Assembly: GCA_011171075.1 (NCBI GenBank)
Contig: DUFD01000017.1
Location: forward strand, 1,777 to 65,776
Direction of reading: 5' to 3'
DNA: 64,000 nt
Source of the DNA: Dehalococcoidia bacterium
Lineage (GTDB): Bacteria > Chloroflexota > Dehalococcoidia > Dehalococcoidales > Fen-1064
The notes below the pieces were generated by a model. The model did no database searches and was not told the DNA's origin. It saw nothing but the letters and a program-made list of their open reading frames with translations. Below, in pieces: positions 44,271 through 53,578 of this stretch. The translations under genes were made by a program, and so were the position numbers. Position 1 is the first letter of the stretch, and each line of letters begins with the position of its first letter.

Positions 44271-46301
44271 ATGGAGGACGTAATGAAAGATATGGCAGAG
44301 GGAAACGGAAACGGAAAACCGAAAATCCTCGTGATAGGCAACGAGGCTGAATTTCTGGAGAAAGCGAAAGAATCGCTCGACGAGGCCGAATATGATGTCA
44401 GCCTGACATCGGACGAAGAAGAAGCCCTGAAGAAGGCACGGGAGGAAGCCCCCGATGCCATTATCCTGGGTTATATGGAACCCCGCGGTTCTGCCTTCAA
44501 ACTTCACAGCGAGCTTCGAGAGGGTTGGCTGACCAAGAATATACCTTTACTCGTGGTCGATATTAACTCCGATGAGCATACACGTAAAGGGTGGCGGCGA
44601 GAAGAGGGGATGATGATGGATGCGGAGAACTACATTGCTATCTCCGGACAGGAATCCATCCCCGTTGCCCGCTTGCTGGACCCCGTCAGGATAAGAGAAA
44701 GAGTTAACGGGCGCCTCAAGGAGAGGGTAAACACGCTCAGCCAGGCCATCCTGGACCCCAGTACGTTCTGCGTTACCTGGGAGCAGATACCGGGAAGGGG
44801 AGCCCTGGAAACACAGCAGGGTGAACTCATTGATAATGCCCGAAAGGCAGCCAAGAGCGGTAAAATCCACGGTATGAGCGTCACCGATAACCCCGGCGGT
44901 AACCCGGCCCTCTCAACCGAAATGCTGTGTACTGAGATAAAGAAGCTGGGAATTGAACCCCTCGTCCACCTGGCCTGTCGTGACAAGAACCGAAATGAAA
45001 TCGAGAGTATGCTCCACGGTCTGACGGCTGCCCAGGTAAGGAACCTGCTTATATTGACCGGCGACTTTCCGGCAAACGAGGCCTTCGGGGGAAAGTCCAA
45101 GCCCGTATTTGACCTGGACCCGATACATGTCCTGCAACTGATAGAAAAAATGAATGCCGGGCTGGAACACGAGGTTATGCGCCGAACGATGACACTGACA
45201 CCCACGGAGTTCTTTGCCGGGGCCTGCGTTTCGCCCTTCAAGAAGACCGAGGCCGAACTGATGGGGCAGTACTACAAGCTCAAAAAGAAAATAGAGGCCG
45301 GCGCGAAGTTTATTATCATACAGGTCGGTTATGACGCCAGAAAGTTCCATGAAATCCTGCAGTGGCTTAAGGTAAACGGCTACGACATCCCGGTGCTGGC
45401 CAATATCTACATCCTGCCCCTCGGCACAGCCAGGTTGATGAACTCCAACGGCATTCCCGGATGCGTGGTCACCGATAAACTAGTGGCCGAGCTGGCCGAA
45501 GAAGCAAAGGCAGATGACAAAGGCAGGGCCAGCCGACTTCTCAGGGCAGCCAAAATGTATGCCATCGCCAAGGGCATGGGCTTCGCCGGTGCCCACATCG
45601 GGGGACACGGTGTAACCTACAAGATGGTCGAATATATCATCGACAAGGGCGAGGAGCTAGCGCCGCACTGGCAGGAGCTGGTAGCTGAGTTTGACTTCCC
45701 TCAGGAAAACGGCTTCTACTTCTTTGAGCGCGACCCCAGAACAGGACTGAACACCAATAACCCGGCCATGCGACCCCTGAAGCCCTCGAAGCCACTGATG
45801 TACCGCTTCTCACGGTTGGCACATAAACTCCTCTTCAACCCGAAGAGTATCATTCTCAAGGCATTTCAGCGCATCGCACCGCGTATAGACTCCTCACCAC
45901 GAATGAAGAGGACATTCGGTTACTTCGAACATCTTGCCAAGGTAGCGCTCTTCGGCTGTATGAACTGTGGCGACTGCGCCCTGACCGATGTCGCTTACCT
46001 GTGTCCCATGTCGCAGTGCCCCAAGAACCAGAGGAATGCACCATGCGGGGGAAGCTATGACGGCTGGTGTGAGGTCTACCCGAACGAGAGGAAATGTGTC
46101 TGGGTGAAGGCCTACGAAAGGCTGAAGGCTTACAGGGAAGAGGACGAAATAGGCGACCATATCGTTCCGCCATGCAACTGGGAACTGTTTGAGACCCCCT
46201 CCTGGCTGAACTTTGCCCTGGGTAAAGACCACTCGTCAAAAAGTGTGGGGATAAAACCACCAGAAAAGAAGTCGCTAAAAAAGAAGACAACCACTGATTA
46301 A
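44271..46301 (+). CDS. metF: pseudo-receiver (paralog 3) fused to methylenetetrahydrofolate reductase and a MetV-type (MTHFR C-terminal) zinc-ribbon domain
   Basis: N-terminus: DAIILGYMEPRG..IPLLVVDINSDE..KGWRREEGMMMDAENY. Middle: MTHFR core (..MSVTDNPGG.., HLACRD.N, LLILTGD, FIIIQVGYD). C-terminus: CMNCGDCAL..CP.SQCPKNQRNAPCGG..GWCEV. Confidence 0.85.
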   Translation: MEDVMKDMAEGNGNGKPKILVIGNEAEFLEKAKESLDEAEYDVSLTSDEEEALKKAREEAPDAIILGYMEPRGSAFKLHSELREGWLTKNIPLLVVDINSDEHTRKGWRREEGMMMDAENYIAISGQESIPVARLLDPVRIRERVNGRLKERVNTLSQAILDPSTFCVTWEQIPGRGALETQQGELIDNARKAAKSGKIHGMSVTDNPGGNPALSTEMLCTEIKKLGIEPLVHLACRDKNRNEIESMLHGLTAAQVRNLLILTGDFPANEAFGGKSKPVFDLDPIHVLQLIEKMNAGLEHEVMRRTMTLTPTEFFAGACVSPFKKTEAELMGQYYKLKKKIEAGAKFIIIQVGYDARKFHEILQWLKVNGYDIPVLANIYILPLGTARLMNSNGIPGCVVTDKLVAELAEEAKADDKGRASRLLRAAKMYAIAKGMGFAGAHIGGHGVTYKMVEYIIDKGEELAPHWQELVAEFDFPQENGFYFFERDPRTGLNTNNPAMRPLKPSKPLMYRFSRLAHKLLFNPKSIILKAFQRIAPRIDSSPRMKRTFGYFEHLAKVALFGCMNCGDCALTDVAYLCPMSQCPKNQRNAPCGGSYDGWCEVYPNERKCVWVKAYERLKAYREEDEIGDHIVPPCNWELFETPSWLNFALGKDHSSKSVGIKPPEKKSLKKKTTTD

Positions 46302-46377
46302 AATAGGTAAAGGTGGCCATATGCCTGGATGCCACTCAGGGATATGGCCACCAGGACTATCCATCAGGCAAGATGCA

Positions 46378-47193
46378 CTACGGCCACATCACAAATTCGC
46401 CAACGAGCTCACTAACTATTAACCAGATTGCGATAAAGAGTAACAGCACTGCAAATAACCTTCTGAGCAAGCCCGTTCTCGTCTGTATAGAGAGACCGGA
46501 GCCGAGCCACCCCCCTACGAACGCAGCCGCCGCCAGGGGCAGGGCGATAAGGATATCGAATGACCCTCCGACGATATGCCCGCAAAGACCGGCAATTGCC
46601 GTAAAACCTACCATGAGAGCTGAAGTACCGATAGCTATCCGTACAGGCACGCTTCCCAGTAATACCATCGCCGGCACTTTAAAAACACCCCCCGATATAC
46701 CAATCATACCTGCCATAAAGCCGGCGATAGTGGTAATGGGCATAAGCCAGGGCAACCGTACCATATAGTTGGAATCGCCCAGGGTCCGCTGCCAGTAGCC
46801 CCATCGGCGTACCGGGATACTCTCCCTCTCTACAATATCCCTGACCATGAAGAAACTCACCAGGACAAGCGCTGCCGCAAACACCATTTTCAGCGCCAGT
46901 GCATCGATATAGTTTGCCACCAGACCACCAATGAAAGCCATGACGAAGGTCGGGGGCTCGATTACTAGTGCTAGCTTCCAGTCAACATAGCTACGCTGAC
47001 TGTACCTGATGAACGCCGATATTGACGTGCCCAGGATAACAAAGAGACTGGTGGTGACCGCATCGTGGATGCTCATCCCAAGTGCAAGGAGTATCGGCAC
47101 ATAGATAACGCCACCACCAATACCTACCATCGAAAATGCCGTGGATGCAGCCAGGATGGCGAAAGCAGCAATAATTACTGAAGCAACCGGCAT
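46378..47193 (-). CDS. TauE/SafE family sulfite-exporter-like membrane protein
   Basis: 271 aa with ~8 TM segments and repeated GIGGG(V) motifs (MVGIGGGVIYVP; MIGISGGVFKVP). Confidence 0.8.
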   Translation of the reverse strand: MPVASVIIAAFAILAASTAFSMVGIGGGVIYVPILLALGMSIHDAVTTSLFVILGTSISAFIRYSQRSYVDWKLALVIEPPTFVMAFIGGLVANYIDALALKMVFAAALVLVSFFMVRDIVERESIPVRRWGYWQRTLGDSNYMVRLPWLMPITTIAGFMAGMIGISGGVFKVPAMVLLGSVPVRIAIGTSALMVGFTAIAGLCGHIVGGSFDILIALPLAAAAFVGGWLGSGLSIQTRTGLLRRLFAVLLLFIAIWLIVSELVGEFVMWP

Positions 47194-47226
47194 ATCACAC
47201 TTCTGGCGTAAATACAGTACAGACCG

Positions 47227-48330
47227 CTATACATTAAACAGGAAGGTGATTACATCACCGTCCTGAACAGTATAAGTCTTGCCCTCCGTCCGTAGCAATC
47301 CTCTCTTGCGAGCTTCGGCGAGACTGCCGCACTTGACGAGGTCGTCAAAACTGATGACTTCTGCCCGGATAAAACCACGCTCCATGTCCGTGTGTATCTT
47401 CCCGGCAGCAACTGGCGCTTCCGTGCTGTCCGTCACCGGCCAGGCCCTGACCTCAGCCGAGGCGATGGTGAAGAAAGTGACCAGTCCCAGCAGTTCGTAG
47501 GAGGCACTGATAACCCGGTCAAAGCCGGATTCGGTCAGGCCAAACTCACCGCGCCAGGTGGCGGCGGTATCGCTATCAAGCTGGGCCAGCTCCATCTCCA
47601 GCTTACCACACAGGGCAATAACACGGCACTTCGGTTGCGAGAAAGTCGAACCCAGCTCTGCCTCCATATTCCTGGCATCCGGCAGGCTGTTTTCGCCGAT
47701 GTTGACAACAATCAGCAGCGGCTTGGCAGTGAGGAACTGGAAATTACTGATGGCCTTTATCTCCTCCGGGGTCAATGTCTGCTCGCGGATAGGTATCTCA
47801 TCCTCCAGGCCAGATTTTATCTTCGTCAGCAGTTGCTGCTCTCGCAGGACAAGCTGGCGCTCCGTCGGTTTAGCCCCTTTCAGAGATTCCTCAATTCTGC
47901 CCAACCTGCGCTCGATGATAGCCAGGTCGGAGAAGGTCAACTCCAGGTTCATCGTGGAAACGTCCCGGGCAACGTCCAGACTGCCTTCAGTAGCAGGGAT
48001 GCTGTCATCCTGAAACTCACGGACAACGTTAATCAGAGCGTCAACCTTGCTCAACTGGGCCAGCAGCTGGCCTCCGATACCCTTGCCCTCAACCAAACCC
48101 TTAACGGAAGCGCCGATATCGATGTATGATACCGTGATTGGGACAGTCTTCTGGGGCTTAAGGACATCGGTCAGTACGTTAAGTCGCGAGTCGGCTACCC
48201 TGGCCACCCCCACATGCGCTACGCCTTCCTGCGGGTGCTTTGACGTGTCTGCTTCACCTGCCGTCAGGGCATTAAAAAGCGTTGTCCGGCCACTCTGGGG
48301 AAGTCCGATTATGCCGATTTCAATATTCAT
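47227..48330 (-). CDS. ychF: redox-regulated ATPase YchF (Obg-like)
   Basis: GIIGLPQSGRTTLFNALT G1 motif, a coiled-coil insert, and a C-terminal TGS-like domain (..IHTDMERGFIRAEVI..Y.VQDGDV). Confidence 0.9.
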   Translation of the reverse strand: MNIEIGIIGLPQSGRTTLFNALTAGEADTSKHPQEGVAHVGVARVADSRLNVLTDVLKPQKTVPITVSYIDIGASVKGLVEGKGIGGQLLAQLSKVDALINVVREFQDDSIPATEGSLDVARDVSTMNLELTFSDLAIIERRLGRIEESLKGAKPTERQLVLREQQLLTKIKSGLEDEIPIREQTLTPEEIKAISNFQFLTAKPLLIVVNIGENSLPDARNMEAELGSTFSQPKCRVIALCGKLEMELAQLDSDTAATWRGEFGLTESGFDRVISASYELLGLVTFFTIASAEVRAWPVTDSTEAPVAAGKIHTDMERGFIRAEVISFDDLVKCGSLAEARKRGLLRTEGKTYTVQDGDVITFLFNV

Positions 48331-48483
48331 ACCTGGCCTATACCACTACTGATAACGCCGGGAAGACGGATACTTTTAGGTATTTTACTCCCATTGGAAC
48401 TGTGGCTCAAGGCAATGTGCTTACCAGTGTGATTGGTAACAGAGTATTCATAAAGCACCCCACCACTATCTGGCGGCGGAAGT

Positions 48484-48561
48484 CCCATCTTCTAGATTCC
48501 TCTCCCCGAGGAGAAAAGGGAAACATGGTAAGGGTAGCAAAACCCCGTCCGTGCTACCCTT
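48484..48561. repeat. degenerate REP-like element (copy E5) overlapping the permease stop
   Basis: CCCATC flank, TTCCTCTCCCCGAGGAGAAAAGGGAAA, then AAGGGTAGCA/TGCTACCCTT (10-bp stem). It aligns by eye to copy E3, including the shared ATGGTA(C)AAGGG segment. Confidence 0.45.
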
Positions 48562-49771
48562 CCCTGAGATAGCGGATTATCTCACGCGGACCGGGTGTTT
48601 TACCGTACATCAGCAGGAAGACACGGAAGGCCTTGGCCGCCAGGAAGATACCGCCCACAATACCCGCTATCATCAAACCGATGCTTAACAGCAACTCCCA
48701 TAGCGGGATTTCTGACATACCGAGGCGAACGAAGACAGACATCGGGGCGGTAACCGGAATCAGGGTGAGTACCGTGCCGACCACGTGGTCAGGGTTGTCC
48801 CGGAGGAAAATGATGAAAATGTAGAAAGGCAGAACAGCCGGTAGCATCAGGGCTACCACCATTTGCTGGCTCTCCTTGGCATTAGCGCCGATGGCACCCA
48901 TACCGGCCTCAATAACGGCGAACAACAGATAGCCCAGGATAAAATAGACTATCCCGAGAAGCAACATGTTTTCCGGTATCTTGAGCCCTGCCATTAACCC
49001 ACCGACAACGTCCGAGGCCAGCTGCGTTAGTGTAATCAGCGAGACCAGCCAGACAATCACCTGAATCAGTCCAGCCGCACCGAGTCCGAGAATCTTCCCG
49101 GTGAGCAATTGCCGCGGAGAGACGGAAGAGAGCAGGACCTCCATGACCCGGTTCTCCTTCTCCTCACCCAGTCCCTGAAGCAGGTAACCCGATGAACTGC
49201 CGATGGACATTATCAGCAGGAAAGCGAATATCATAGGGACAAGGAAGGACTCGAATCCGCCCTGGTCTTCGGCTATATTGCCGGTCTCATCAAGCCTGAT
49301 ATTAGCCAGCAGCATTGGTATTTTCACCCGCTCGGCTATCTCCGGACTTGCCTGTCCTTCAAGAAGGTTACTCTGCAGGAACTTTGTCATGGCCGAACGG
49401 GTTGCCTCCGGGACCTCGAGCTCCTTTTCCAAGACATACCTGCTGACTATCCCCTGCGTCAGATAGTCCGGCGGAATGACAAAATACTCATCTATCTCCT
49501 CAACAAGCAGAGCACTTGTGGCCTCATCCTGCGAATTGAACGGGATAAAAGTAAGGTCGTCCTGAAGCGTATACTCACTGAACCCGCCGACCTCATCCAC
49601 ATAGCCAATCGTGGGAAATTCCTGCTCACCGGTGCCAACACCCTGGACAATCATGTAGATGCCAATAGCAGTAAAACCAATTAATGGAAAAACCACGGTC
49701 ATGATAATGAAGCCTTTTCGCTTCACCAGCGTGAAAAATTCGTGTCTGAAAATCAGCAGCGTCTTGTTCAT
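48554..49771 (-). CDS. ABC-2 type transporter permease (NatB-like)
   Basis: N-terminal TM helix, a large extracytoplasmic loop, and a C-terminal bundle of ~5 TM helices. An ABC ATPase gene lies upstream on the same strand. Confidence 0.7.
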   Translation of the reverse strand: MNKTLLIFRHEFFTLVKRKGFIIMTVVFPLIGFTAIGIYMIVQGVGTGEQEFPTIGYVDEVGGFSEYTLQDDLTFIPFNSQDEATSALLVEEIDEYFVIPPDYLTQGIVSRYVLEKELEVPEATRSAMTKFLQSNLLEGQASPEIAERVKIPMLLANIRLDETGNIAEDQGGFESFLVPMIFAFLLIMSIGSSSGYLLQGLGEEKENRVMEVLLSSVSPRQLLTGKILGLGAAGLIQVIVWLVSLITLTQLASDVVGGLMAGLKIPENMLLLGIVYFILGYLLFAVIEAGMGAIGANAKESQQMVVALMLPAVLPFYIFIIFLRDNPDHVVGTVLTLIPVTAPMSVFVRLGMSEIPLWELLLSIGLMIAGIVGGIFLAAKAFRVFLLMYGKTPGPREIIRYLREG

Positions 49772-49952
49772 CGGTTTTCGTCCATGAATAGTATCTTAAA
49801 TTACTTCCCCATAGTCAAGGAGCATGCCGTACTACTTACTTTAAATAAGTGGTCGCTGGGCATGCCACAATGATATTTATCAGTCTGATGAAGATACGAT
49901 TGTCTTTCTGATATAATCACATCATAGTAATCACATCACAAAGGAAATCAAA

Positions 49953-50318
49953 ATGGCCGAAATGAAGGAATTGGCTGAACAGCTAGACGAGTTAAGACCC
50001 TCCTTATCCGAGGTAGGAAATCCGCCTCATACATTTGCTGTCGAGCTTGCGGAGCAGGAGAATGAAACCAGTGTCCGTATCAGGTACGATATTTACCTGA
50101 ATGCAGAAGGTGCGCAGGAGTTAATCGATAGAGTCAGGCTAAAAAGAAATAATGAGTCGTTGGAGGTTCAGAAGCTAAGGGACTGGTTTGCCCAGCTGAA
50201 ACAGGAACGAGAAGAGGATGAGCTTTATAACCAGATACTGGACGGGATAGAGCTACATGTAGAAGAGCTTGATAAGGGGTTTATTGACGAAGATGACGAG
50301 GATGACTTTGGCTGGTGA
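49953..50318 (+). CDS. hypothetical acidic protein with DEDDEDDFGW tail
   Basis: 121 aa in an AT-rich islet. TATAAT at 49912-49917. It is on the opposite strand to the flanking ABC genes. I recognise no family. Confidence 0.45.
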   Translation: MAEMKELAEQLDELRPSLSEVGNPPHTFAVELAEQENETSVRIRYDIYLNAEGAQELIDRVRLKRNNESLEVQKLRDWFAQLKQEREEDELYNQILDGIELHVEELDKGFIDEDDEDDFGW

Positions 50319-50411
50319 CTGCCGATAGAGCGCAGGCCGATCAGGATTTTCGATAGAAAGAACCGAGATTCAAACTCACAGCTAGGTTAGGCAGATTTCA
50401 ACAAGCATCCC

Positions 50412-51311
50412 TCAGTTTTCAGCGACAACCTGAAGGAAGATGTCATGCAGGGGTGGGGTGGCTACCTCGAAACGACTTATGGTAATCCCCTTCTGTAGCA
50501 GTTGCGCCAGCACTTGCTGCGGAGTCGTGCCGCTGTCCAGAAAGAGTTCGGTGCGGCCATCGTGGTCCTGCCTCCTGGTGATGCCACTCACCTCTCCCAG
50601 CTCCCCTTCATACTCCAGCAGGACAGAGTTGTTCCGATAACGCGATTTAATCTCGGCCAGATTGCCATAGAGGACGGTACGACCCTCGTCTATCATCACA
50701 ATGCGGTCGCAGAGCTCCTCGATGTCGTTCATCCGGTGGGTGCTGAGCACGATAGCCGTACCCCGATTCCGCAATTCGAGCACCATATCCTTGATACGCT
50801 CGGTATTGACTGGGTCCAGATTGGCAAAGGGTTCATCGAGGATAACCACCCTGGGTTCGTGGATAATGGTGACCAGGAACTGGACAAACTGTCCCATGCC
50901 CCGGCTCAGTTCCTTCACCTTTTTCTGTCTGTGAGAAAAGAGGTCTGCCTGCCGGAGTAGCTCGTCAGCCCTCTCCGCAGCCAGACGACTATCCATGCCT
51001 TTCAGTGTAGCCAGATAGACAAGTGACTCGACCACCGTCAGGTTCAGGTACAGGCCCCTTTCCTCAGGCAGGTAGCCGATGCTGTCCTTAACGACTTCAC
51101 CGGAGCGTTCGCCGAGTACTTTAGCCTCTCCGGAGTCAGGCTTGATAAGATCCATGATTATGCGAATGGTCGTTGTCTTACCGGCACCGTTTGGGCCGAT
51201 AAGGCCGAATATCTCGCCCTCACCGACGTCAAAGGAGACATCATTGACCACGGTCCTGTCACCGTAAATCTTTGACACGTGATTAACTTCAATATAAGGC
51301 ATGAATTTCAA
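50412..51311 (-). CDS. ABC transporter ATP-binding protein (NatA-like)
   Basis: Walker A GPNGAGKTTT, signature LSRGMGQ, Walker B VVILDEPF, plus a C-terminal accessory domain. Confidence 0.9.
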   Translation of the reverse strand: MKFMPYIEVNHVSKIYGDRTVVNDVSFDVGEGEIFGLIGPNGAGKTTTIRIIMDLIKPDSGEAKVLGERSGEVVKDSIGYLPEERGLYLNLTVVESLVYLATLKGMDSRLAAERADELLRQADLFSHRQKKVKELSRGMGQFVQFLVTIIHEPRVVILDEPFANLDPVNTERIKDMVLELRNRGTAIVLSTHRMNDIEELCDRIVMIDEGRTVLYGNLAEIKSRYRNNSVLLEYEGELGEVSGITRRQDHDGRTELFLDSGTTPQQVLAQLLQKGITISRFEVATPPLHDIFLQVVAEN

Positions 51312-51362
51312 CCTCTACAGCGCTCTCTACTATAATATCTATCGTAGCCAATATTGCCCGGG

Positions 51363-51917
51363 CTAACTGCTTCCGGCAGCCAGTATCTCAGCCATTTGCC
51401 TGCCCATTTTCCTGGATTCCTCAATCAACTCAGTCTGGGTCTTGGGGTCAACATCAGGCGCACCGGAATTTCCACTCAAAGTAAGTAACTCGGCATCCGC
51501 CCGTCTCACCAGTTTCTTTAGCTCTTCAACAGTCTGGTCAGCCCCGCGTCGCCCGGCAATGGCAATCAGACCAGCACACTTGGCACTTAATCCCATATCA
51601 TGCCTGAAAAGGAAAAAGCTTCTATCCATAAAGGCTTTCATCTGTGCCGATATGGTACCGAAATAGACCGGACTGGCCAGAATAACCCCGTCCGCCTGGC
51701 TGAATTTCTCCAGAATCCACTGGCCATCATCCTTCTGCTGACACTCAGGAAATGAAGCACAATTCTCGTGTGCCTGGCAGGGACCGACCTTGTACTCGTT
51801 CAATACTATTTTCTCGGTTTCAATTCCGCGGGAAGCCAGCTCACCGAGTGCCTGGTCGATAAGGTAGTTGGTGTTACCATGAAGTCTCGGGCTACCTCCG
51901 ATAGCAACGACCTTCAT
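51363..51917 (-). CDS. flavodoxin-fold NADPH-dependent FMN reductase / iron-sulfur flavoprotein family
   Basis: MKVVAIGGSPRLHGNTNYL.., ..C.H.NC....C.., ..DGVILASPVYFG. GGAGG SD lies before ATG 51917. Confidence 0.75.
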   Translation of the reverse strand: MKVVAIGGSPRLHGNTNYLIDQALGELASRGIETEKIVLNEYKVGPCQAHENCASFPECQQKDDGQWILEKFSQADGVILASPVYFGTISAQMKAFMDRSFFLFRHDMGLSAKCAGLIAIAGRRGADQTVEELKKLVRRADAELLTLSGNSGAPDVDPKTQTELIEESRKMGRQMAEILAAGSS

Positions 51918-52302
51918 CTTAACCTCCACACTATTTTTAAATCGGGCAAACAGAACAGGTCTTATCGACCCGTTCTATGTGATTATAAAAAACAAACGGC
52001 CCCATAATCAAATAAGAGCCAATATCTGTTAGGTAGAAGTGGTTTACTGGTGTTGGCCCTTTACCCCGCCTGCCAAAGCCTTTTTATACCGACTTTGCTA
52101 CATAAAACCATGGGCACCCATTGACTTTATATGGCGTCATTATTGCCACAAAGCAACCTCTATTATAGAATGTGTTCGTTCTGATAGTGTCGAGGGTAAC
52201 CAAGATAGCCCGGTCCTCAAAGAATCTCGCTAAGTGTAAACGGTGTGCCTCGGCTCTCTTGTCAGGGGAATCGAAGGTAGACGAAAGGAATCCTACAAGG
52301 CT

Positions 52303-52734
52303 ATGAAAGCAAATCAAGAGACAGAAATTGCGGCGATGAATGTCATAAACCAGTTCGCCGAAGCATTCGCCAGGCGCGACCTCAAAGCAATGATGGCGCT
52401 GTATGCCCCAGACCCTGATGTAGTTGCCATTGGCACAGGGGGTGATGAGAAGCGCATCGGACCGGCTGATATCAAGGCCCTTTTCGAACGCGACTTTGCG
52501 CAGTTCGAGGACGCATCCTTGGAGGTTGGCCGGCATTCAGTTTCAGCGGCAGGTTCAGTGGCATGGGTAGCAGCAGATGCCATTGTCCACACAGACACCG
52601 GAGACCGGAGAATTAATTTACCGGTCCGATTGACTGTCGTGCTGGAGCGACGGGGAGACAGGTGGTTTATCGTACAGTTTCACGGATCCACGCCGGCTGC
52701 CGGGCAAAAAGAGGGTGAAGCATTCCCGACATAG
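52303..52734 (+). CDS. SnoaL-like / NTF2-fold (DUF4440-like) protein
   Basis: ..NQFAEAFARRDLKAMMALYAPDPDVV..G...........W...........R.T.VLERRGDRWFIVQFH. The start is uncertain. Confidence 0.55.
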   Translation: MKANQETEIAAMNVINQFAEAFARRDLKAMMALYAPDPDVVAIGTGGDEKRIGPADIKALFERDFAQFEDASLEVGRHSVSAAGSVAWVAADAIVHTDTGDRRINLPVRLTVVLERRGDRWFIVQFHGSTPAAGQKEGEAFPT

Positions 52735-52780
52735 TAGTATAATGTGAACGCTGACAAAGCTGACAAAGGAGGACTAACCG

Positions 52781-53572
52781 ATGGAATGGGGAATGGCAAA
52801 CCGTTTAGCACAACTGATTCAGAAAGACGGGCATGTCCTTGTCCTGCCGGTAGACCACGGCTACTTTCAGGGCCCCACCCGCAAGCTGGAGGAGCCGGGT
52901 AAAACAATCGAGCCACTCCTGCCATACGCCGACGGCCTTTTTATCACCCGCGGCGTGCTACGCTCATCAGTCGACCCCGAATTCTCGAAGCCAGTTATTC
53001 TAAGAGTATCCGGCGGCACCAGCATGGTCGGTAAAGACCTCGCCAACGAGGGCATCACTACCAGCATGGAGGAGGCAATCCGCCTTAACGTCTCGGCGGT
53101 GGGCCTGTCTATCTTCGTCGGTAGCGACTACGAGAAGGAGTCCCTCCTCAACCTCTCAAAGCTCGTCAACGAGGGAGAGAGATACGGCATACCGGTGATG
53201 GCCGTTACCGCAGTGGGACGCGAGCTGGAGAAGCGTGACGCCCGCTACCTGGCTATGGCCTGCCGCATCGCCGCCGAACTGGGAGCGCGGGTAGTCAAGA
53301 CCTACTGGTGCGAGGAGTTTGATAAGGTGGCCACGGGTTGCCCTGTCCCCGTCATCCTGGCCGGTGGCCCGCAAGTCGATACCGAGCGCGAGGTCTTCGA
53401 CTTCGTCTATGACGGTATCCAGAAGGGCGCTATCGGCGTAAACCTGGGGAGGAATGTCTGGCAGAACGAGCACCCGATAGCTATGATTCGGGCGATACGG
53501 GCGGTCGTCCACGACAAGGCGACCCCGCAGGAGGCCGAAGAACTTTACAATGGCCGGAAACAGGAAAGCTGA
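52781..53572 (+). CDS. class I (DhnA/FbaB/LsrF-type) aldolase family protein
   Basis: ..LVLPVDHGYFQGP.., ..AVGLSIFVGS.., ..RVVKTYW... AAGGAGG SD upstream. Confidence 0.7.
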   Translation: MEWGMANRLAQLIQKDGHVLVLPVDHGYFQGPTRKLEEPGKTIEPLLPYADGLFITRGVLRSSVDPEFSKPVILRVSGGTSMVGKDLANEGITTSMEEAIRLNVSAVGLSIFVGSDYEKESLLNLSKLVNEGERYGIPVMAVTAVGRELEKRDARYLAMACRIAAELGARVVKTYWCEEFDKVATGCPVPVILAGGPQVDTEREVFDFVYDGIQKGAIGVNLGRNVWQNEHPIAMIRAIRAVVHDKATPQEAEELYNGRKQES

Positions 53573-53578
53573 CATACC

